Translations under genes and position numbers: made by a program | Part shown: positions 1 to 6,893 of the stretch, piece after piece | Layout: each line of letters opens with the position of its first letter | Numbering within the stretch: the stretch's first letter is position 1 | Notes under the pieces: model-generated | What the model saw: the letters and a program-made list of their open reading frames with translations, nothing else | Databases searched by the model: none | Told to the model about the DNA's origin: nothing | Assembly (NCBI GenBank): GCA_043804695.1 | Contig: JAZDIV010000055.1 | Location: 1-11,947 of the forward strand | Reading direction: 5' to 3' | Length of the DNA stretch: 11,947 nucleotides | Origin: PVC group bacterium | Lineage (GTDB): Bacteria > Auribacterota > Erginobacteria > Erginobacterales > Erginobacteraceae

Positions 1-3
1 GGG

Positions 4-85
4 CGAAGCAATCTATTTTTTCATTCATAACCACCTCTTATCCAAAATGATGAGATTGCTTCGTCGCTGCGCTCCTCGCAATGAC
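4..85. repeat. Inverted pair of REP/RPE-like palindromic units (left unit cut by window edge)
   Basis: cgaagcaatct (4-14) is a perfect inverted repeat of agattgcttcg (53-63). The minus strand of 53-85 reads GTCATTGCGAGGAGCGCAGCGACGAAGCAATCT (translates RHCEERSDEAIS), a type of short interspersed palindrome I recall from many bacterial genomes. Confidence 0.7.
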
Positions 86-114
86 CTCTAAAATGCCTAA
101 AATCTGAATTATCG

Positions 115-139
115 GACAGCCTCTGAAGGCTGCCGCTAC
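115..139 (-). repeat. GTAG-type REP-like palindrome
   Basis: Minus strand GTAG-CGG-CAGCCT-TCAG-AGGCTG-TC: a GTAG tetranucleotide followed by a hairpin (arms 117-122 / 127-132). Single copy in the window. Confidence 0.4.
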
Positions 140-253
140 GACATTGAAATTCCGAAGCTGGAAATGTAAGATATATATACCGTATTACTCCGACAGTATA
201 GAACGAATATTTATGAGTAAACCGGTGATTAAACATTTTTTTTATTTTTTTCC

Positions 254-297
254 TTGCCATGGCAATTTGTTAATCGTATAACACTCCTATAAGAGTG
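254..297 (+). promoter_or_regulatory. Putative sigma70 promoter for the 431-1117 gene, with overlapping palindromes
   Basis: -35 TTGCCA (254-259), 17-bp spacer, -10 TATAAC (277-282), T-rich upstream tract. Palindromes TTGCCATGGCAA (254-265) and CACTC-N6-GAGTG (282-297). Confidence 0.5.
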
Positions 298-386
298 CAA
301 TGTGAGTGTTCAGGGCGCCAGTATCGAAATTTTAATCAAGTTTTTCTGAAAGAGATTCCGTAATCCGGAAAAATTTATTGGGACCA

Positions 387-425
387 ATAAACTTTTGCGC
401 CGAAGGCGCTGAACTTCAAAGGAGG
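387..425 (+). promoter_or_regulatory. Leader hairpin (element end-motif variant) plus Shine-Dalgarno
   Basis: ATAAACTTTT-GCGCC-GAA-GGCGC-TGAACTT resembles the motif before folE, rnfG, rnfC and the small basic protein. AAGGAGG at 419-425 precedes ATG 431. Confidence 0.55.
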
Positions 426-430
426 GTGTC

Positions 431-1117
431 ATGAAGAAACATTATCTATCAGCAGGAGTCGGTTTGGCGGCGGCCGGGTATTTTTTCCTCTCGGCGGCGG
501 CCGGACGGGCCGGTGACGACTGGGAGTGGTGGCTCTACACCCCGGTCAGCTGCAAGGTGACGAAGGAAGTTAAGCTGGACGTGACGGGGATGTTCCGCTG
601 GAAGAACGACATGAAGGATTATTATTACCGGAGCGTCATCGCCAGCGGTTACTATTCGCTGCTGCCCTGGATGGACGTCGGGGCCTCTTACTGGTACAAG
701 GAGTCCCGCAAGAGCAAGGACACCGATTGGGTCTACACCAACACCTACGTGGGGCGGATCAATTTCAAGTACTCCCCGGCCGGATGGGTCACCCTGAAGG
801 AAGCCAACCGGATCGAATACGACAACGCCCTCTACCGGTGGCTGCTCCGGGTCAAGCCCATCGCGGAGTTCCCGCTGGTCTGGCTGGGCCTGAAACCGGT
901 CAAGCTGTTCGTGGACAACGAGTTCTTCTTCGCCTTCGATTACCCGGATGACCGGGACACATTCTCCGAGAACCGGGTGACGGCCGGGGTGGACGCTGAG
1001 ATCGCGGGGCCGGTGGGGGTATCCGTCGCCTACCGGAACGTGGGCAAGAAATCGGCTTCGACCGGGAACTGGGACTTTGCCAACGTCCTGGTGACCTACG
1101 CCAAGCTGACGTTTTGA
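431..1117 (+). CDS. DUF2490-like outer-membrane beta-barrel protein
   Basis: 228 aa, N-terminal signal peptide, amphipathic aromatic-rich strands, motifs NRIEY / R.R.K / NEFFF / ENRVTAG, C-terminal Y-x-x-x-x-F, strong SD. Confidence 0.7.
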   Translation: MKKHYLSAGVGLAAAGYFFLSAAAGRAGDDWEWWLYTPVSCKVTKEVKLDVTGMFRWKNDMKDYYYRSVIASGYYSLLPWMDVGASYWYKESRKSKDTDWVYTNTYVGRINFKYSPAGWVTLKEANRIEYDNALYRWLLRVKPIAEFPLVWLGLKPVKLFVDNEFFFAFDYPDDRDTFSENRVTAGVDAEIAGPVGVSVAYRNVGKKSASTGNWDFANVLVTYAKLTF

Positions 1118-1303
1118 AGGAAACCCGGCGCGGTGGAGTAATAGAACAATGGATAGGAAAAAGATTATCCCTCCGGCCTTCGGGCCATTGCCGGCTTTCT
1201 TCCTCGCCGGTAACTGCTGTCTTGAGGAGGGACCGGGCGGGAAGGTGATCATTTTCCCTGCCGGCAGCCTTTCGGTGCCCTTTGATATCCTGGGAAAGAT
1301 CGC

Positions 1304-1750
1304 TTGAAAAAATCGGGGAAAGTAACGCAGATCAGGATCGGGAGGGAGAAGGGAAGCCCCCGGGAGTCTCTCCGGGAGGGGTTTTTCAAGGTGAATTTCG
1401 GCCTGGCGGGAGATACCCGTTCCGGGCCGGGCGAGAAGCAGGTGACCCTCTTCGGGGTCAAGGGGAGAAAAAAGCTCAAGGCTTCCCCGGAAGAGGGACT
1501 TTGCTTCCAGAGGTTCGTGGAGACGATAACCACCGAGGGGATCGACCTCTATCAGTTCCCGACCGGAACGCGGCTGGAGATCGGGGAGAGCATCCAGGAG
1601 ATCAGCCGGGCGGGGAAAAAATGTTATCCGGAATGCGTGCTGATCAGGAACAAAAAACCCTGCATCATGCCGGAGGAGGTTGTTTTTACCCGGGTGATCG
1701 AAGGAGGAACGGTCCGGGTCGGGGATGCGGTTGAAGTTTTAACTGATTAA
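1304..1750 (+). CDS. MOSC domain-containing protein
   Basis: 148 aa, TTG start. GLAGD, QVTL, F.E.ITTEGI, GTRLEIG, GKKC..EC, CIMP.E.VF.RVIEGG.V.VGD match small stand-alone MOSC proteins; the conserved Cys is present. Confidence 0.85.
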   Translation: MKKSGKVTQIRIGREKGSPRESLREGFFKVNFGLAGDTRSGPGEKQVTLFGVKGRKKLKASPEEGLCFQRFVETITTEGIDLYQFPTGTRLEIGESIQEISRAGKKCYPECVLIRNKKPCIMPEEVVFTRVIEGGTVRVGDAVEVLTD

Positions 1751-1801
1751 ACGCGATTCGATATTCTGCGGTTCGTTATCCGCCTCTCCCCTCCCCTCTC
1801 T

Positions 1802-2266
1802 TTATGGGGATGAGGTTGACTCCTTAGCGGGCGTCGGCTGGACCAGCATCGAGATACCTTCTTTGCTGTCGATCGCTTCAAAAATCATCTCGGCAGCGAA
1901 ACGGGCCAGCTCACTGTCGAGAGAGACCACATCCAGGCGGGTGCGGTCGGGACCTTCTTCCTTGAAGAAAAATCCAACCTCCGTGGTGTCGATACAGCTG
2001 GGATAGAGGCGGTTGAACCACATCGCCGTCACGTATCCGCTACCGGGGCTGTCCAGGTAGATATACAGACGGTACTCCTGCAGAACATCAATCAGGGCCT
2101 GATAGGTCTCGCTTTTCCCGGCCAGGACGATGCCGGAAAACCTGCCTATTTTCTCCTCTTCCAGGGACTGAACGGAAGTGCCGATGACCCGCCGTCCCAT
2201 TTCAACCGGGGAGCAGGCCTGAATGAGCAAAGAAAAACAGATTATTGCGAACACTGTCTTTTTCAT
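1802..2266 (-). CDS. Hypothetical lipoprotein
   Basis: Start reassigned to ATG 2266 (MKKTVFAIICFSLLIQAC): basic N-region, hydrophobic core, lipobox-like IQAC. The ORF-track extension to 2323 runs through an inverted repeat. Confidence 0.7.
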   Translation of the reverse strand: MKKTVFAIICFSLLIQACSPVEMGRRVIGTSVQSLEEEKIGRFSGIVLAGKSETYQALIDVLQEYRLYIYLDSPGSGYVTAMWFNRLYPSCIDTTEVGFFFKEEGPDRTRLDVVSLDSELARFAAEMIFEAIDSKEGISMLVQPTPAKESTSSP

Positions 2267-2301
2267 CCGATTAAAATACCTGTTCTGACATATCTCCCCA
2301 T

Positions 2302-2353
2302 TATTTTTATCCGGGGGTGACAATCAGATGATTGTCACCCCCGGATAAAAATA
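2302..2353. repeat. Perfect 25-bp inverted repeat over the stop codon of the PduS-like gene (possible terminator or processing hairpin)
   Basis: tatttttatccgggggtgacaatca (2302-2326), ga, tgattgtcacccccggataaaaata (2329-2353). Confidence 0.9.
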
Positions 2354-3657
2354 GAGTCGTCAAAAACATGCTCCACCGTCCCGCTGATGCTGGCATGGAT
2401 CGGGGCGCCCAGGGAACCCTCGGGGACATCGCCGATCATCTCCCCTTCCCTGACCCGGGCGCCGGCGGCGACCAGGGGGCGGCAGGGGACGCCCACATGC
2501 TGCTGGAGCGGGATATTGACCCTCCCGACCGCCAGCGGTTCCTTCTGAAGGGGGGCGTCCCGGTCATACTTCTTGACGCCGATCCGGGCGGCGAACCGGG
2601 AGACCGGGATCTTCCGCCCGTCCTTGACCGGATGAGGGGTCAGATCCGCGTTCCGGAGCGTCTTCTCCACCTTCTTCTCTTTCATCGTTTTCATCAGACC
2701 GGCGATCACCCGGTCCGGCGAGATGGTGGTGGGGCAGGCGTACATGCCGCAGACACCGCACTGGCAGCAAAGATATGCTTTGGCCAGGTCTTCGGGGGGG
2801 ATGCAGTCCGCCCGCTGCTGGCCGACCAGTCTCATGATGATATGGGGCTCCATCCGGTGTCCGATCAGGTACCGGGGGCAGTAGTCGGTGCAGGTGCGGC
2901 ACTGGTCGCAGGCCCAGGCGGCCCGCCTGACGTCGTTCTCGATCGAACGCCGCTTGTAGAGAACCTGCTGGTGATTCTTCGGGAGCACGATCAGACCGGT
3001 CGTTTTCTTGGATATCTGCCCCGTAGAGAAGGTCCCCATGATCGGGCCGCCGTCCAGCACTTCGTATTCATCGACGGTGGCCCCTCCGGCGGCGGCAATG
3101 ATGTCCTCCACAAAAGCGCCCACAGGAACGGAGAGGGTGATCGGGCGCCTGACCTCACCCGCGACCGTTAAGACCCGGTGGGTAACCGGCTGTCCCCGGG
3201 CGGCGCGGCGGACGTTGATCAGCGTCCCCACGTTATCCACGACCACGCCGACGTCCATCGGAATTCCCCCTTCGGGAACCAGGAGCCCGGTCACGTCGTA
3301 AACCAGTACCTGCTCATCGCCGACCGGGTAATAGCTGCCGAGAAGAGAGAGTTCCACCCGGGATTTCCGGCGGGCGATCTCTCCTTTCAGGGCGTCGACC
3401 GCGCCCTGGTATTTTTTCTTCAGCGCGATGATGACTTTTGAGGCCCCCACCGCGTCGCCCATCAGTTCCAGCCCCTCGATCAACTCAGCGGCGCCGGAGA
3501 TCATCAGCTGCTGATCGACCCGGAGGAGCGGTTCGCACTCGGCCCCGTTGGCGATGACATAGTCCGCCCGGGCCGCCGCTTTCACGTGGGTGGGAAACCC
3601 CGCCCCGCCGGCGCCCACGACACCGGCCCTTTTAACCTGCTCCGCCAGTGTGCTCAT
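2335..3657 (-). CDS. pduS: PduS-like RnfC-family FeS flavoprotein (cobalamin reductase / electron-transfer protein)
   Basis: GVVGAGGAGFPTHVK, NGAECEPLL, SLBB region, CDQCRTCTDYCP and CCQCGVCGMYACP ferredoxin motifs, C-terminal IPLQQHVG...IHASISGTV barrel-sandwich domain (PduS domain order). Substrate cannot be shown from sequence. Confidence 0.8.
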   Translation of the reverse strand: MSTLAEQVKRAGVVGAGGAGFPTHVKAAARADYVIANGAECEPLLRVDQQLMISGAAELIEGLELMGDAVGASKVIIALKKKYQGAVDALKGEIARRKSRVELSLLGSYYPVGDEQVLVYDVTGLLVPEGGIPMDVGVVVDNVGTLINVRRAARGQPVTHRVLTVAGEVRRPITLSVPVGAFVEDIIAAAGGATVDEYEVLDGGPIMGTFSTGQISKKTTGLIVLPKNHQQVLYKRRSIENDVRRAAWACDQCRTCTDYCPRYLIGHRMEPHIIMRLVGQQRADCIPPEDLAKAYLCCQCGVCGMYACPTTISPDRVIAGLMKTMKEKKVEKTLRNADLTPHPVKDGRKIPVSRFAARIGVKKYDRDAPLQKEPLAVGRVNIPLQQHVGVPCRPLVAAGARVREGEMIGDVPEGSLGAPIHASISGTVEHVFDDSIFIRG

Positions 3658-3660
3658 GGT

Positions 3661-4221
3661 CTACGAATTTCTCAAAAGGCTCAACGCCTCCGCCCGCGTC
3701 CTCTCGTCGCGGCGGAAGTTTCCCCGGACCGCCTCGGTCTTGACCAGAGTGCCCGGTTTTTTCACCCCCCGCATATTCATGCAGAGATGTTCCGCTTCGA
3801 TCTGAACCAGGACGCCTCGCGGGCGAAGTTTTGCCATCAAAAGGTCGGCGAGTTCGGTTGTCATCCGCTCCTGAACCTGCAGCCTCCGGCTGAAGAGTTC
3901 CACCACCCTGACCAGAGTGCTGAGACCGGTGATCTTGCTGTCCTTCGGGATGTAGGCGATATGGACCCGGCCGAAAAACGGGAGGAGGTGATGCTCGCAG
4001 AGCGAATAAAACGGGATGTCCTTCAGAAGAACGATCTCGTCAAAACCCGGGCAGGGGAAGACCCTGATTTCCCGGGCGATATCCATCCCCACTCCCCCCA
4101 GTATCTCCCCGCACATCTCGGCCACCCGATCCGGGGTTTTCCGCAAACCGGGGCGGGACGGATCTTCTCCGACAGCCGTCAGCAGGTCGCGAACCGCCTT
4201 CTTGATCTTTTCTTTATCCAT
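3661..4221 (-). CDS. folE: GTP cyclohydrolase I
   Basis: GEDP.RPGL.KTP.RVA, SLCEHHLLPFFG, RRLQVQERMT, EAEHLCM.MRGV motifs; Zn-ligand Cys/His/Cys present. Confidence 0.96.
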   Translation of the reverse strand: MDKEKIKKAVRDLLTAVGEDPSRPGLRKTPDRVAEMCGEILGGVGMDIAREIRVFPCPGFDEIVLLKDIPFYSLCEHHLLPFFGRVHIAYIPKDSKITGLSTLVRVVELFSRRLQVQERMTTELADLLMAKLRPRGVLVQIEAEHLCMNMRGVKKPGTLVKTEAVRGNFRRDERTRAEALSLLRNS

Positions 4222-4419
4222 AAATTAACGCCTTCGGCGCTACTTTATACTGGCCCCCCGACTGATTCAGTCGGGGGGCTGCTGGTTAATTAAAATATTT
4301 TCACCGAGGCAACACGATAAAATAGCCCTCTAACCAGCCACTATTTTACCATATGGAATATAATTTATCAGTCGGCTTCAGATATACCATTCTTATTTTT
4401 CGCAGAAAAAATAAGATTA
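4222..4419 (-). mobile_element. Bipartite hairpin intergenic element, copy 1 (unrecognised family; MITE-like or structured RNA)
   Basis: End hairpin tcttatttttc-gca-gaaaaaataaga (4391-4416). Conserved block 4222-4348 is homologous to 7518-7637 and 10518-10620. Mobility is inferred from dispersal only. Confidence 0.6.
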
Positions 4420-5207
4420 TCCAAAGAAAAAATAATATTCCGGGGGCAGACCTCAATACACTTACCACAACTGACACACTTCTCATAATCGATTTTTGCC
4501 AGGTTGTTCGCCAGCGTAATGGCCCCGACCGGGCATTCCTTCACGCACTTGCCGCAGCCGATACAGCCGACCGAGCAGACCTTGACGACGTTCTTCCCTC
4601 TGGCCAAGGAGGAACAGAGGATATCCACCCGGGATTGAGAAGGAACTATCCTGATTATCTCCCGGGGGCAGTGCTGCACGCAGAGCCCGCAGGACCGGCA
4701 CTTTTCCGGGACTACCACGAAATTTCCCCGCTCGTCGATCCGGATCGCGTCAAAGGGGCAGATTTTCCAGCAGGTGTAATACCGGAGACACCCGTCATCG
4801 CAGGCGGAAACACCGCCCCCGATCTGGTTGGCCGCCGCGCAGTTCTGGATCCCTTCGTACTCATACCGCCGGGCGGCGTCATGGCCCCCCCGGCAAAAGA
4901 TCCGGGCCTCCAGCTTTTCTTCCTCTTCCAGCATCTTCCCCAGAAGCTCGGCGATCTCCCGGCGGGCTTCCGGGGGAGCGACCGGACAGACCGATGGTTC
5001 GGCCTTTCCGTCCAGTAACGCCCGGGCGCAGTCCGCGCACCCGCCGTACCCACAGGCCCCGCAGTTGAGCTGGGGGAGCAGTTCCTCGATCTTCTCCAGC
5101 CGGGGATCGAGGTGGACAAAAAAGACCCGGCTGCCCACGGCCAGACCCAGCCCGAAGATCAGCCCCATTCCGCCGATCATGATGACCGCTGCCAGGATTT
5201 CCGTCAT
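4368..5207 (-). CDS. rnfB: Rnf electron transport complex subunit B
   Basis: N-terminal TM anchor, LP..NCGACGY.GC..CA FeS domain, several CxxCxxCxxxCP ferredoxin motifs, last gene of rnfCDGEAB. Confidence 0.95.
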   Translation of the reverse strand: MTEILAAVIMIGGMGLIFGLGLAVGSRVFFVHLDPRLEKIEELLPQLNCGACGYGGCADCARALLDGKAEPSVCPVAPPEARREIAELLGKMLEEEEKLEARIFCRGGHDAARRYEYEGIQNCAAANQIGGGVSACDDGCLRYYTCWKICPFDAIRIDERGNFVVVPEKCRSCGLCVQHCPREIIRIVPSQSRVDILCSSLARGKNVVKVCSVGCIGCGKCVKECPVGAITLANNLAKIDYEKCVSCGKCIEVCPRNIIFSLDNLIFSAKNKNGISEAD

Positions 5208-5325
5208 ATTATTCTTTGAACTCCGGGAATCAATACCCTCCGGGTGAATCGTGCTAATCGTTATTCAGCCACAGAAATAAATCCCAAATTACAAATTGAA
5301 TAAACAAATAATCCTTACCAGAGAT

Positions 5326-5982
5326 TTATATAAGACCCGAAAACCCCAGAAACGCCATCGACATCAGGGCGGCGACCAGAAAGGCGATCGGCGCCCCGCG
5401 CAGAGCCGGGGGGACGTCGGCCAGTTCCAGCCGCTCCCGGATCGACGCCATCAGGAGCAGGGCCAGGGTGAACCCGACCCCGGCCCCGAACCCCTGAACC
5501 AGGCATTTTAACAAGCTCCCGGAGACGGCCTCCCCTCCTTTAAAGAACGTGTCTATGTTCAGCACGGCCACCCCGAGAACGGCGCAGTTGGTGGTGATCA
5601 GGGGGAGGAAGATCCCGAGCGCCCGGTAAAGAGCAGGACTGCTCTTGGTGATCACCATCTCCACCAGCTGCACCAGGGCGGCGATGACCAGGATAAAGGC
5701 GATCGTCCGCAAATAGCTGAAGTCGAAAGCTGAGGGGTCGAGCCCATCCCCCCAGAGGCAGAACCAGAGGTTATGGTGTGTCGGGGCCAGGAGATAGTGA
5801 TAGATGAGCCAGGTGGCGGCGGCGGACATCGTCATCACGAAGATAACCGCCAATCCCATCCCGGCGGCCGACTTCAGGTCCCGGGAGACCCCGATGTAGG
5901 GGCAGAGCCCCAGGAAACGGACCAGGACGAAATTGTTGACCAGGACCACCCCGATGAAGACGATGAACAGTTCTCCGATCAT
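5326..5982 (-). CDS. rnfA: Rnf electron transport complex subunit A
   Basis: [58 protein letters not shown] motifs. Confidence 0.97.
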   Translation of the reverse strand: MIGELFIVFIGVVLVNNFVLVRFLGLCPYIGVSRDLKSAAGMGLAVIFVMTMSAAATWLIYHYLLAPTHHNLWFCLWGDGLDPSAFDFSYLRTIAFILVIAALVQLVEMVITKSSPALYRALGIFLPLITTNCAVLGVAVLNIDTFFKGGEAVSGSLLKCLVQGFGAGVGFTLALLLMASIRERLELADVPPALRGAPIAFLVAALMSMAFLGFSGLI

Positions 5983-6114
5983 GACATTTCAGTAATTCAT
6001 TCCCTACAGACGATTAGTTCAATTACCCCCCCACCCCGCACCCTTTTTTAACAGACGATTTGAATGTGATTGAATAGGATTTCTTCCCTCTACCTCGACC
6101 CCATTCGTTCGATG

Positions 6115-6153
6115 CCCGCGGCGGGTAAATTCGATATTTATCCCGCCTGCGGG
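6115..6153. repeat. Imperfect inverted repeat built from two CCCGC..GCGGG mini-palindromes
   Basis: cccgcggcgggtaaat (6115-6130) pairs with attta-t-cccgcc-t-gcggg (6136-6153), with two unpaired bases. Confidence 0.65.
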
Positions 6154-6183
6154 GTTGAGTTTTTTCCATCCATTGATCACCGA

Positions 6184-6795
6184 TTACTGATTACCGATCT
6201 CAGCCTCCTTTGCCTCGCGCCGGGAGCGGATGAGAGCGAATAACCCCAGGAGAAGACCGATGGTCAGGAAAGCTCCCGGGGGCAAAATCATGATCATGGC
6301 CGGCCGGAAGCCCGGGACCAGTGCGTAACCGAGCAGCGTGTTCGACCCCAGGATCTCCCGGATCGCCCCCAGCAGCATCAGGGAAAGAGTGAACCCCACA
6401 CCCATCCCCAGGCCGTCAGCCAGGGAAAGCAAAACCGGGTTACGGGAGGCGAATGCTTCCGCCCTTCCCAGGATGATACAGTTGACCACGATCAGGGGGA
6501 CAAAGAGCCCCAGACTTTTGTTCAGGCCGGGGAGGTGCGCCTCCAGGAAAAGCTCCACCAGGGTGACGAAGGTGGCGATGACCACGATAAAACAGGGGAT
6601 CCGGATCTTTTTAGGGACGCCCTGCCTGATCAGGGAGACGATCAGGTTGGAGAAGGCCAGGACGAAGGTCGCTGCCGCCCCCATCCCGATCGCATTGGAG
6701 ACGGAGGTCGAGACCGCCAGGGTGGGACAGAGCCCGAGGAGCAGAACGAAGACCGGGTTCCGCTTGAACAGCCCTTTTGTAAAATCACTGATCAT
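6184..6795 (-). CDS. rnfE: Rnf electron transport complex subunit E
   Basis: NPVFVLLLGLCPTLAVS, IRIP.FIVVIATFVT, PLIVVNCIILGRAEAFA, IREILG, LPPGAF motifs. Start set at ATG 6795 (MISDFTKG) from typical family length; in-frame alternatives at 6798 (GTG), 6888 and 6915. Confidence 0.95.
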   Translation of the reverse strand: MISDFTKGLFKRNPVFVLLLGLCPTLAVSTSVSNAIGMGAAATFVLAFSNLIVSLIRQGVPKKIRIPCFIVVIATFVTLVELFLEAHLPGLNKSLGLFVPLIVVNCIILGRAEAFASRNPVLLSLADGLGMGVGFTLSLMLLGAIREILGSNTLLGYALVPGFRPAMIMILPPGAFLTIGLLLGLFALIRSRREAKEAEIGNQ

Positions 6796-6807
6796 CACTG
6801 TCTGTCT

Positions 6808-6865
6808 CACGGGAAAGCACGGAAGAGCACGGAAGAGCATGGAAGAGCACGGAAGAGCACGGAAA
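6808..6865. repeat. 10-bp tandem repeat (CACGGAAGAG), about 5.8 units
   Basis: cacgggaaag cacggaagag cacggaagag catggaagag cacggaagag cacggaaa. Confidence 0.95.
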
Positions 6866-6893
6866 TCACCCGCCTCTTCCCTTCTCATCCCTG

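Noticed and set aside
21..260. 79-aa minus-strand ORF
   Set aside because: It runs through REP-like palindromes and an AT-rich promoter region. The RHCEERSDEAIS segment is a repeat translation, and no protein family is recognisable.
278..301. CIRCE (HrcA) operator
   Set aside because: The CACTC/GAGTG core is present, but the spacer is 6 rather than 9 nt, the outer arms deviate, and no chaperone gene follows.
1118..1303. Moco/Wco riboswitch upstream of the MOSC gene
   Set aside because: Several small hairpins exist (1151-1169, 1175-1186, 1188-1213), but I see none of the conserved Moco motif sequences.
2267..2323. N-terminal extension of the lipoprotein and the mirror ORF at 2332 (both MSPPDKN)
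   Set aside because: Both are artefacts of the 25-bp inverted repeat; the signal peptide starts at 2266.
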